From Myxococcales bacterium (GTDB taxonomy: Bacteria > Myxococcota > Myxococcia > Myxococcales > Anaeromyxobacteraceae): a DNA stretch of 53,669 bases. Below are positions 9,820-19,797 of the stretch, one piece after another (the stretch's first letter is position 1; every line of letters starts with the position of its first letter). The notes under the pieces were generated by a model. The model saw only the letters and a list, made by a program, of their open reading frames with translations, did not search any database and was not told the DNA's origin. The stretch lies in contig JBBQEB010000005.1 of the NCBI GenBank assembly GCA_038320275.1, positions 1 to 53,669 of the forward strand. The letters are read 5' to 3'. The position numbers and the translations under genes are program-made.

Positions 9820-10144
9820 GGGGGCCTCCATGCCCGGTCAGAGCCGTGCGCTCGACGAAGGGTTCAGTGCCCTTCGGCAATTCGACGAGAGGGTGCGCCG
9901 ATAGCTCGCGCTGCGGCAAGAAGCCGCAGTGGATGGACGTGAATGGTCACCTGGCAAACCCACGGTCGTGGAACGCGTCCCCGGATGTTCTCCCGCCCGC
10001 CGGGGTTCGTCGATCGAGCAGGCACGGACCGCCTATGAAAGCCGGCGCGCGACAGGACGTGTCGGTACGCGACGCCGCGTCGCACGAGAGCGGGAACGTC
10101 GCATCTCACGCATCGCAAAAGCCCGGTAATCGCGAGCCCGCGCG

Positions 10145-10161
10145 TGGGCACGGTGCACGCA
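10145..10161 (+). promoter_or_regulatory. Putative sigma54 -24/-12 promoter of FadL-family gene
   Basis: TGGGCACGGTGCACGCA: GG-N10-GC with GGCACG, about 90 nt upstream of ATG. Confidence 0.6.
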
Positions 10162-10247
10162 ACGCAACGGAGAGCACGCGCACAGGACGGCTGGGGGAGC
10201 GCGGGTGGCAGCATCACGCGCAGCGCATTTCTTACCCGAGGATCTCC

Positions 10248-11537
10248 ATGAGAGCGTTGACTCGACTCCTGGCCGTGGCTGGCATCGCCACGGCCTTTCC
10301 CGCATATGCAACCAACGGCATGCGCATGATCGGTTTCGGCGCGTCGCAGGTCTCGATGGGCGGTGCCGCCGCGGCGCTGTCGCTCGACGCGGCCAGCATC
10401 GTCACGAACCCGGCCGGCATCACCGGACTGGAGCACCGCATCGACTTTGGTGCCTCGTACTTCAATCCCACCGTGAAGTACTCGGCCCAGGAGGTACCGG
10501 GGCTCCCCCAGGCCGGCATGGCGATCCGGTCGACGGGCACGTTCGACTCGCAGCGCGGCGCCTCACCGGTCCCCGCCTTCGGCCTCGTCCTGCCCTTCGA
10601 TGACCGGCTCTCGTTCGGCATCGGCGCCTACGGCATCGCCGGCATGGGCGTCGACTTCGCGCAGAACGTCTTCGGAGGAGTCACCTACTCGTCGTATTCG
10701 CAGATGCGCTTCGCGCCGGGCCTCGCCTACCGGCTCACCGACTGGCTCTCCATCGGCGCGACCGCAAACGTCATGTACGCGACCATGGGTTACGACGCCG
10801 CCGAAGGCATGCTGCAGGTGTCGCATCAGGCCGCCTCCGCCTTCGGCGTCGGGGGCACCCTCGGCGTGCAGATTCAGGCGATGAAGGGCCTCACCTTCGG
10901 CGCCGCTTACGAGACGAAGAGCTGGTTCCAGGACTACAAGTACAACATCCCGGCGCACCAGCCGCTCGACCCGAGCACCGGCTTCCCGGCCGTCGACCAG
11001 GGTGGTCAGCCGGTCATCCTGCCCGCCAGCGTCGACAGCATCGCCTTCAACCAGCCGTCCAGCTTCACGGGGGGCCTCGCCTGGAACGGCTTCGAGCCGC
11101 TCACGCTCGCCTTCGACGTCCAGTTCATCCGCTGGTCGGAATCGAACGGCCTGAACCTCCCCGCCTACAACTCGGACGTGCGTCAGACGGGCGCGATGCC
11201 CTTCAACCTCAACTGGAACGACCAGTGGGTCTTCAAGGTCGGTGCCCAGTACCGCGTGAGCAAGCTCCTCGCCCTCCGCGCCGGCTACAACTACGGGAAG
11301 TCACCGCTCGACGCGTCGCGCGCGTTCGAGAACATCGCCTTCCCGGCGGTGGCCGAGCACCACATCACGGCCGGCTTCGGCCTCGACCTCTCCGACCGCT
11401 TCTCGGTCGCGCTGGCTGGCATGTACGTGCCCGAGTCGAAGGTCACCGGCTCGAACCCGCAGCAGCAAATGATCGCCAGCTACCAGGTGAGCATGTCGCA
11501 GGTCGCCGTCGACATGTCGATCGGGTACCGCTTCTAG
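10248..11537 (+). CDS. FadL/OmpP1/TodX-family outer-membrane channel
   Basis: Signal peptide then A-TNG, SMGGA, NPAG motifs; beta-strand pattern; C-terminal YRF. Confidence 0.88.
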   Translation: MRALTRLLAVAGIATAFPAYATNGMRMIGFGASQVSMGGAAAALSLDAASIVTNPAGITGLEHRIDFGASYFNPTVKYSAQEVPGLPQAGMAIRSTGTFDSQRGASPVPAFGLVLPFDDRLSFGIGAYGIAGMGVDFAQNVFGGVTYSSYSQMRFAPGLAYRLTDWLSIGATANVMYATMGYDAAEGMLQVSHQAASAFGVGGTLGVQIQAMKGLTFGAAYETKSWFQDYKYNIPAHQPLDPSTGFPAVDQGGQPVILPASVDSIAFNQPSSFTGGLAWNGFEPLTLAFDVQFIRWSESNGLNLPAYNSDVRQTGAMPFNLNWNDQWVFKVGAQYRVSKLLALRAGYNYGKSPLDASRAFENIAFPAVAEHHITAGFGLDLSDRFSVALAGMYVPESKVTGSNPQQQMIASYQVSMSQVAVDMSIGYRF

Positions 11538-11552
11538 ATCGAGCGGCCGCGC

Positions 11553-11588
11553 CACGCCGAGGCCTTCGCGTCACGAGGCCTCGGCGTG
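11553..11588 (+). terminator. GC-rich hairpin after FadL gene (probable terminator)
   Basis: Perfect 13-bp inverted repeat CACGCCGAGGCCT/AGGCCTCGGCGTG; no U-tract. Confidence 0.55.
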
Positions 11589-12155
11589 CTCGCCGCGGTC
11601 CGGCACGGCAGCACCAAGTCGTCCGCATCGCGCATCAGCTTGTGATCCCGGCGCACCGCGCTCCCACACGGTGTCGAGGGAGCTCAGGTCGACGTACGAG
11701 AGAGGGATGAGATCATCCCCCCTGCAGCATTCCCAAGACCGTCTCGGTGGGCCTCCCCTGGTGCATCACAGCGGCCTGTAGCCACTTGCGCGGCAGGTTC
11801 GGCACGCTCCAGTCGCGGGCGGGCGCCCCACCCCGCTGCGATCCGATCCTTCACCGTCGGCATGCCGGGCGACCGCCGCTCACCGTCGGCCTTGGGGATG
11901 CCAGAGCCCGGCGAACGAGCGGCCGGAGGTGTCGATGCTCAGCCTCGTCCGCAGCAGCCCGTCGATCCTACGGCCGCAGCGCCGGCGGCGGCTGAAAGGT
12001 GCCCGCCTGGAGCTCGTGGCCGAGCTCCGCTGGAGTTGCCAGAGGGGCAATCACCATGACCTTCGAACTACGTCGCCAGCCGCTCGGCGGAGTCCACTGG
12101 TTTACCGTCGAGAGCCTCGAGCGCCCTTCTGGGAGCCGCGGCGCCACGCTACCGC

Positions 12156-13475
12156 CTACCCGCAACCACCCTTCACCGCCGCCTTCGACTGCAGCTTCAC
12201 CTTCTTCGCGAAGGCGTAGGCCGGCCAGGTCGTCCCCTCGTGATCGGGCGCGCCCCCCGAGACCGGATCCTCGCACGGCGAGCGGAAGGCCCGGGAGTGT
12301 GGCAGCTCGGGCCAGGCCGCGGGCAAGCTCGCGCCGGTCGCGTACGCAAAGCGGAACCGGGGAGCGTCCGAGGAGGCAGCGGGGGCGCTCGCGGCCGGCT
12401 CGGCCACGCAGGCGGGCACGGCATACTTCTCGAGCCAGCCGTTCATGCCGCCCTCGATGACGTAGAGGTTGGGTGCGCCCATCGCCTCGAGCCCCTTCCA
12501 CGCGGCGAGCGCGGTGGCCTCGCCGTTGCTCACGAGGAAGGTCACCGTCGATGCCGGCTGCTCGAGGAGCGGCTTCAGCGTCTCCGGGCGGAAGAGCGCC
12601 TCCGGCGCGATGCGGCGCGCGCCGCCGAGGTGGAAGAGGTTGAAGTCGTGCTCGTCGCGCAGGTCGAGCACCACCACCTGCACGTTGAGGTCGTTGCGCA
12701 GCGCCACGACCTCGCCGGGGTGGACGAAGATACCGCGCTCCTCCACCGGGCGCCGGGCGTCAGCTCCCAGCAGCGCGAACTTCTCCTCCGGGGTGGGCTG
12801 GCCGCGCACGGCCACCACCAGCGCCAGGGCCATCAAGAGCCCCGCCGCAGCCAGCTTCGCGAACGACCGGGGGGCGAGCGCGATCTCCTTCCAGGGCCGT
12901 CCCTGTCCGAAGCGGCGCTCGAGCAACTCTGCGCCCCAGAACATGGCGAGCGCCATCGCCACCACTAGCATCACGGTCGCGCCGACCGGCAGCCCGAACA
13001 GCTCGGGCAGGGTGAATCGGCCCATGCTGGACGACATGAAGAAGGTCTCGAAGTGGCCGACCGTCTCGCCGAAGAGCCCGGCCCCGGCGAGCACGCCGCC
13101 AAGGAAGAGCATCCCGTCGATCTTGAGCGTGGACGCGCCGACGACCGCGGTACCCGGGCAGAAGCCGCCGAGGATGAAGCCCACGCCCATCACCAGACCG
13201 CCGACGATCCCGGGCCAGAGGTAGGTCGGGTTCACCCAGACGCGGCTCATGTCGAGCAGGCCGAACGCCGTCGCACCCGCGACGAGAACCGCCGCGACGA
13301 TGATGCCGGTGAACATGACCTTCAGGACGGTGAGGTCCTTGAAGTAGAACTGCGCCGCCAGCTTCCGCGTATCGCCGAAGCCGGCCAGCTCGAGGGCGAC
13401 GCCGAAGCCAAAGCCGATAGCACCGAAGACGAGCGCGTAGCCGAGGGTTCCGGACGTGAGCGTGTAGGGCAACAT
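12156..13475 (-). CDS. YeeE/YedE sulfur transporter fused to rhodanese-like domain with C-terminal GGCG
   Basis: GFGD..AQFY, GFCPGT, multiple TMs; DLRDEHDFNLFHLGGA and IEGG rhodanese motifs; ends KGGCG-TAG. Confidence 0.88.
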   Translation of the reverse strand: MLPYTLTSGTLGYALVFGAIGFGFGVALELAGFGDTRKLAAQFYFKDLTVLKVMFTGIIVAAVLVAGATAFGLLDMSRVWVNPTYLWPGIVGGLVMGVGFILGGFCPGTAVVGASTLKIDGMLFLGGVLAGAGLFGETVGHFETFFMSSSMGRFTLPELFGLPVGATVMLVVAMALAMFWGAELLERRFGQGRPWKEIALAPRSFAKLAAAGLLMALALVVAVRGQPTPEEKFALLGADARRPVEERGIFVHPGEVVALRNDLNVQVVVLDLRDEHDFNLFHLGGARRIAPEALFRPETLKPLLEQPASTVTFLVSNGEATALAAWKGLEAMGAPNLYVIEGGMNGWLEKYAVPACVAEPAASAPAASSDAPRFRFAYATGASLPAAWPELPHSRAFRSPCEDPVSGGAPDHEGTTWPAYAFAKKVKLQSKAAVKGGCG

Positions 13476-13498
13476 GGTAGATTCTCTCCCGGAAGCCG

Positions 13499-14032
13499 TT
13501 AGTTCCAGAGCCGGCGGACAGACCACGCCAGCGCGTAGGCGCTCGCGAAGACCGCGAACGCGAAGGCCCAGCTGCCTACCGACAGCACCGCGCCGCCGGA
13601 GAGGGCCTGCCCGGAGGTGCAACCGCGCGCCAGCCGCGCGCCGTAGCCCATGATGGCGCCGCCCAGGATCGCGAAGATGACGCGGGTGCGATTGCTGACG
13701 TTCGGCCCTTTTCGCAGCTCGAGCTTCACGCGGCGGTTCAGGAGGCCGGAGGTGAGCCCGCCCAGCACCGTGCCGACGAGCATGAACATGCCCGAGTAGT
13801 TCCAGGCGCTGCGCGCTCCGCCAGCCATCTCGGCGAGATAGGCGACCCGGTCCACGTGGCCTGGCGCAAACCAGTCGAGCACGCCCACCTCGACGCGGTT
13901 CAGCGCCGCCGAGGCGCCGAGGCCGCCGCCGGTCACGTAAAAGGAGAGGAAGAGGACGACGCCGAGCAGCGTGCCGGCGAGGTACGGGTTCAGGTACGGT
14001 CGTGGCCCGCGCGCGATGGTGGTGGTGGTCAT
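13499..14032 (-). CDS. YeeE/YedE thiosulfate/sulfur transporter family protein
   Basis: NPYLAG, GARLARGCTSG motif, 4-5 TMs. Confidence 0.9.
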   Translation of the reverse strand: MTTTTIARGPRPYLNPYLAGTLLGVVLFLSFYVTGGGLGASAALNRVEVGVLDWFAPGHVDRVAYLAEMAGGARSAWNYSGMFMLVGTVLGGLTSGLLNRRVKLELRKGPNVSNRTRVIFAILGGAIMGYGARLARGCTSGQALSGGAVLSVGSWAFAFAVFASAYALAWSVRRLWN

Positions 14033-16302
14033 GCCTGGCTCCGCTCGGGGGCGCCATCGACCTCGAGGCGCTGGTAGCCGGTGACCATCGCCTCGAGGTG
14101 CTCGCTGGGCGTGGGACCGGTGCTGACGAGATAGACGTGGAGGACGAAGAAGGTGAGGAGGAACCACGCGCCGGCGTTGTGGAGCGGGGCGACGATGGCG
14201 AGACCGGCGAAGGCGCTCCCAACCGCGGGCCAGTGGCCGATGGCCCAGATGAGGATGCCGGTGACGATCTGCAGCGGGAAGAGGACGTTCAGGAGCCCGA
14301 GGTAGGTGAGCTGCTGGAGCGGGTTGAGCTCCTGGCCGGGCGCGTTGGCGGGGTGGTCGCCGCCGAGGAAGATCCCGCGCGTCTGCCAGGCCACGTGCTC
14401 GAGCGCGCGGGCCAGGAAACCCTTCGGCTCGGGGATGAACGTCCGGATGGCGCGCGTGGCCAGGTGGTAGAAGAGCGCCAGGAACGCGTTCACCATCAGC
14501 ACCACGGCGAAGGCGTTGTGGAGCGATACGGCGGTGGCGAGCCCCATCCACGCCCCCGAGCCGGCCAGGTGTACGGCGAGCCCGGTCGCGATGAGCATGG
14601 CGCCGGAGAGTGCCATGGTCCAGTGCCAGAGCCGCACGTAACGGCCGAAGACGTAGGCCTTCCGCTCGGCGGCGACGTGCCCAGCGGGCGCGACGCGGCG
14701 CCTGCGCAGCGCGAAACGGATCGCGCCGTGCGTCGCCACGGCGAGACAGGTGGCCAGGAAGAGCAGGAAGCCCAGCGTGTTGGACAGTCCCTGGCGCGTG
14801 TGTCCGAGCACGTGGAGCCCGCCGGGGGTCGAGGTCGCGTCGCGCCGGAGCGCGAGCCCTCCGCTTGCGGTCGGGCCGAGGACACCGGCGAGCGCGACCC
14901 GCGAGCGGTCGGGCGGGCGCGGCGGCGTCCCGCCAGGCAGGTAGCCAGCGACGAGAAAGTCGCCCGAGAGGCGCGAGTGTGCGGCGTGGCAGGCGTTGCA
15001 GTCCCGCAGTGCCCGGTCGCGCGTGGAAACCCCGTGCGCAAGCGGGACCGGCTCGAGCGTGCCATCCACCGCGGGGTGCGCCACGCCCCGCGCCTGGAGC
15101 CGGGCGGCGACGAAGGAGACCTTCTCTTTCGAGTCGAGGCGGAGCTCGTGCTCGTCGAGCCGCCCATCGTGATCGGCGTCGAAGGCCTCGAGGACACCGG
15201 GCGCCCAGGCCGTGCCCTGCACGAACGCGCGGGTGACCTCGGCGAAGGGCACCTCGACCCGATCGGCGCCGGAGACCCACCGGTACCGGGAGACGAGGTT
15301 CACAGGCGCGAGGCGCCGCGCGCCGTCATCCTCCAGCCGCTCGACCAGGAGCGGCTGGAAGGGTCGCAGGATGGCCGCGTTGAGCGGCTCGCCGGGGCGG
15401 CGGTCGACGTTCCGGTAGCGCACCGCTGGCGCTCCCTCTAGCGTGGCCACGGTGGCATCGATCATCTCCGCCACGGGTGCCCTCGGCGCGGCGAGGTGGC
15501 AGGTGGCGCAGGAGAGCACGGCCATGTGCCGCGCGCGGTAGGGCAGGAAGGCATGCGCCTTCTCGGGATCGTGGCAGGCTCGGCAAGCCTGGCGGCCGAG
15601 GCGGTGGTCGGGACGCACCAGGAAGTCCGCGTGCGACAGCCGGCGCGGATCCGCGGTCAGGTACTTCAGCGTGGGCTGCTTCGCGTCCACGCGCGCCGGG
15701 TCGTTGCCGGCAAAGTGGCAGGCGACGCAGTCGACGAGCTTCGCGGCGTGCACGTCCCAGGGCGCGCCCAGGCCGGCCTTGCCCTCGAGGTTCAGGAACG
15801 AGTCGGACATCTTCTGCGGCGAGACCACCGCGCCCTCACCGAGCGTGAGCGAGAAGGTCCGGCCGTCCTTCGGCGCGGCTTCGAGGTCCGCGGGGAGGCT
15901 GAGCGCGCTGGCGCCGCCCGCGACCAATCCGTGGCAAACGCCACAGTTGGCAGCCTTCGGCGCGCCGATGCGGATGGCCGCGCGACGCAGCCTGCCGTCG
16001 GGCTCCAGCGTCGCCGGCCGCACGTCGAGCTTGCCGCCGTCGACGTGGCACTGGAGGCACGTCGCCTTCACGAGCGGGGTGGTGTGGCCGCTGTGCGCCG
16101 CGATGTACTTCGCGTCGTGGCAAGCCCCGCAGGTGGTCTCGACGTGGAGCGCGTCCGAAGTCGCCACCTTCTTGCCGGCGGCGTCGAGTGGCGCGAACGC
16201 CGGGTGGATGGGGTTCACGGCCTGTTGCGCGTGCGCCGCTGGCGCCGCGAGCAGGACCGCGCAGAAGCCCGCGACGAGCGCGCCGAGGATGGGGCGTCTC
16301 AC
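14029..16302 (-). CDS. Periplasmic 7-heme cytochrome c fused to membrane cytochrome b (HyaC/PhsC-like)
   Basis: Signal peptide; 7 CxxCH motifs; C-terminal RLWHW, LHN, NPLQQLTY, LHN, LHVY; GTGA overlap with upstream gene. Confidence 0.88.
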   Translation of the reverse strand: MRRPILGALVAGFCAVLLAAPAAHAQQAVNPIHPAFAPLDAAGKKVATSDALHVETTCGACHDAKYIAAHSGHTTPLVKATCLQCHVDGGKLDVRPATLEPDGRLRRAAIRIGAPKAANCGVCHGLVAGGASALSLPADLEAAPKDGRTFSLTLGEGAVVSPQKMSDSFLNLEGKAGLGAPWDVHAAKLVDCVACHFAGNDPARVDAKQPTLKYLTADPRRLSHADFLVRPDHRLGRQACRACHDPEKAHAFLPYRARHMAVLSCATCHLAAPRAPVAEMIDATVATLEGAPAVRYRNVDRRPGEPLNAAILRPFQPLLVERLEDDGARRLAPVNLVSRYRWVSGADRVEVPFAEVTRAFVQGTAWAPGVLEAFDADHDGRLDEHELRLDSKEKVSFVAARLQARGVAHPAVDGTLEPVPLAHGVSTRDRALRDCNACHAAHSRLSGDFLVAGYLPGGTPPRPPDRSRVALAGVLGPTASGGLALRRDATSTPGGLHVLGHTRQGLSNTLGFLLFLATCLAVATHGAIRFALRRRRVAPAGHVAAERKAYVFGRYVRLWHWTMALSGAMLIATGLAVHLAGSGAWMGLATAVSLHNAFAVVLMVNAFLALFYHLATRAIRTFIPEPKGFLARALEHVAWQTRGIFLGGDHPANAPGQELNPLQQLTYLGLLNVLFPLQIVTGILIWAIGHWPAVGSAFAGLAIVAPLHNAGAWFLLTFFVLHVYLVSTGPTPSEHLEAMVTGYQRLEVDGAPERSQA

Positions 16303-17714
16303 TTGCGGCCTCCGGTCTTGATGGGATCCCCGGCGTAGCCGAGGGCCTTCCAGTCGATGCGCCCCTCGGCGCCGTGGCAGTCGGTGCAGCCGAGCGCCTT
16401 CTCCTTCGGGACCACCATGTGCGAGAGCGGCCAGTTCATCTCCGTCGGCGCAAACCCGTACTTGCCGCTGTAGGCGATCTCCGACGCCTTCTCGCCGAGC
16501 TTGAAGGCGCTGTCCCAGTCGAACGTGGTCCAGTAGCCGCCGGGTCCGCCGGTGACCGGCGGGAAGAGGTAGTCGTTCCCTGCGTCGTAGGGCTGGTTGG
16601 CCCGGTGGATCTTGACCGGCCAGATCCGGGCAGTCTTGTCTTCCACGTCCCCGTGCAACGGGTTCAGCACCGTGGACTTCCCTGGGTCGATCTTGTCGCC
16701 CAGCAGGTAACGGCTCACCGTGCCGTTGAACCACCGGTACTCCGGCTTCGCGTCCTGCACGTAAGTGAACTCACCCTTGATCTTCAGGTAGTGATGGGTG
16801 TCGTCGAGCCGGCTCGAATCACCGGCCTTGCTCCAGTCCCAGGTCGCCTTGGTCGGCACCTTCCCGGCGTAGCTGGGGATGTGGCAGGTCTGGCAGGCCA
16901 CCGCCGAGAGGTGCGCGTTCAGCCGCTCGTCCCGGTGCTCGGGCTTCACGTGGCAGTCGATGCAGGCGACGCCGTGGGAGTCCTCGACGCTCACCGAGAA
17001 GGCGCGGCCGCGCAGCTGGTGACCGGGCGCGGCGTGGCAGTCGACGCAGAGGAACTGGTGGCGGCCCATGTGGACGTCCTCCTCCTCGAAGGGATGCGCG
17101 AGCGAGGAGTCGAGGTCGCCGTGCTTCACGCCCTGCCCGCCGCCGCCGTAGGCGTGGCAGCCGAGGCAGTTCTCGCGCCCGGGCGTGCCCACCGACTTCG
17201 CCGTGGCGACGAGGTCCGTCTCCTTCGTCGGCAAGCCGAAGGTGCCCTTCGTGTACGCCCCCGTCCGCTCGTGGCAGACGAGGCAGTCCACGTTCTCGGC
17301 CTTGGTGAAGTCGAACGAGTCGTCTTCCCAGCCGTAGCCGATGTGGCACTTGGTACAGGACTTCTCGTTGCCTCGGGCGGCGATGCAGAAGTTGTTGAGG
17401 AGGTTCCGCTTGCCGATGCGCGTCTTCCCCAGGCGGCCCGCGATCTGGACGTCCTCGCCCAGCCAGAGCCAATGCGAGGTCTTCATCACGGCGGCCGCGT
17501 CCGCATGGCACGCGAGGCAGCGGCGCGTCACCGCCTGCGGGCTTTCGAAGGGCCCCGTGATGATGGGCGCGTGGTCGAAGTGGGGGCGGACCTTCCTCGC
17601 GAAGCCCGCGGCATGCTTCGCCTCGTGCGCGGCCGGCCGGTTGACGAGGGCGGCGGCGACACCGCCCGCGGCGACCACCCCGATGGCCGCTGCCAGGATC
17701 CAAGGACTCTTCAT
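16299..17714 (-). CDS. otr: Octaheme tetrathionate reductase family c-type cytochrome
   Basis: 8 CxxCH motifs; GKRNLLNNFCI, CHIGYGW, CQTCHIP and KGEF signatures; N-terminal signal/anchor. Confidence 0.9.
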   Translation of the reverse strand: MKSPWILAAAIGVVAAGGVAAALVNRPAAHEAKHAAGFARKVRPHFDHAPIITGPFESPQAVTRRCLACHADAAAVMKTSHWLWLGEDVQIAGRLGKTRIGKRNLLNNFCIAARGNEKSCTKCHIGYGWEDDSFDFTKAENVDCLVCHERTGAYTKGTFGLPTKETDLVATAKSVGTPGRENCLGCHAYGGGGQGVKHGDLDSSLAHPFEEEDVHMGRHQFLCVDCHAAPGHQLRGRAFSVSVEDSHGVACIDCHVKPEHRDERLNAHLSAVACQTCHIPSYAGKVPTKATWDWSKAGDSSRLDDTHHYLKIKGEFTYVQDAKPEYRWFNGTVSRYLLGDKIDPGKSTVLNPLHGDVEDKTARIWPVKIHRANQPYDAGNDYLFPPVTGGPGGYWTTFDWDSAFKLGEKASEIAYSGKYGFAPTEMNWPLSHMVVPKEKALGCTDCHGAEGRIDWKALGYAGDPIKTGGRK

Positions 17715-17788
17715 GGATGGTGCAAAGCCTCCGACGGCTGGGCAACGTCGCACGCATTGCTTCGGCCCGTTTCTCGCTAGGGATGCTC

Positions 17789-17805
17789 TGCGTGTGGCGT
17801 GCCCA
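17789..17805 (-). promoter_or_regulatory. Putative sigma54 -24/-12 promoter of otr operon
   Basis: Minus-strand TGGGCACGCCACACGCA, GG-N10-GC, about 75 nt upstream of otr ATG, next to a divergent bEBP gene. Confidence 0.7.
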
Positions 17806-17907
17806 ACAGTGGATGACCGCAAGAACAGGCACTTGAACATGTGGACCTTCTGCGCATGCAACAGGGCGTTTCGATCTGTGCCACACTGCGTTTCAACGAG
17901 GTGAAAC

Positions 17908-19344
<1,437 letters not shown>

Positions 19345-19443
19345 TCCTGACGCCATCGGGGCGACCTCGGCTCGGCACCGCTGGCCTCCGAGCGTTCAGC
19401 CGGGCCCGAGCGCGGCCGCGCGCCTCGGCGCAGCGCGAGAGCT

Positions 19444-19797
19444 TCATCGCGGCATGCTGCCGATCCCGCCTGCGTTCACGACGTCCGCGAACCCGGCGCG
19501 GACCAGTGCCTTGGCCGCGATGGCGCTGCGCCCGCCGGATGCGCAGTAGACGACGACGGGTTTTCCTTTCGGGACCTCTCCCATCCGTCCGGCCAGCGCC
19601 TGCACCGGGATGTTGATGGCGCCGGGATAGGCGCCGGTCCGGTATTCTTCCCGCGTGCGCACGTCGAGGATAACTGCGCCGGCCGCCAGCTTCTCGCTCA
19701 CCTCCATGGAAGACGCCTTTCGACCTCCCAGGAGACGAGGAAGCACCAGGAGAGCGACGGCCAGCACCACAGCCGCGAACACCCAGTTCGCGCTCAC
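19444..19797 (-). CDS. Membrane-anchored rhodanese domain protein
   Basis: N-terminal TM, LDVRT, YCASGGRS active loop; GTGA overlap. Confidence 0.9.
   Translation of the reverse strand: MSANWVFAAVVLAVALLVLPRLLGGRKASSMEVSEKLAAGAVILDVRTREEYRTGAYPGAINIPVQALAGRMGEVPKGKPVVVYCASGGRSAIAAKALVRAGFADVVNAGGIGSMPR

Noticed and set aside
11590..12155. Possible gene or ncRNA between fadL and yeeE
   Set aside because: No ORF with convincing codon bias or motif, and no recognisable RNA structure
12156..12158. Possible Sec readthrough after the GGCG tail
   Set aside because: The stop codon is TAG, not TGA
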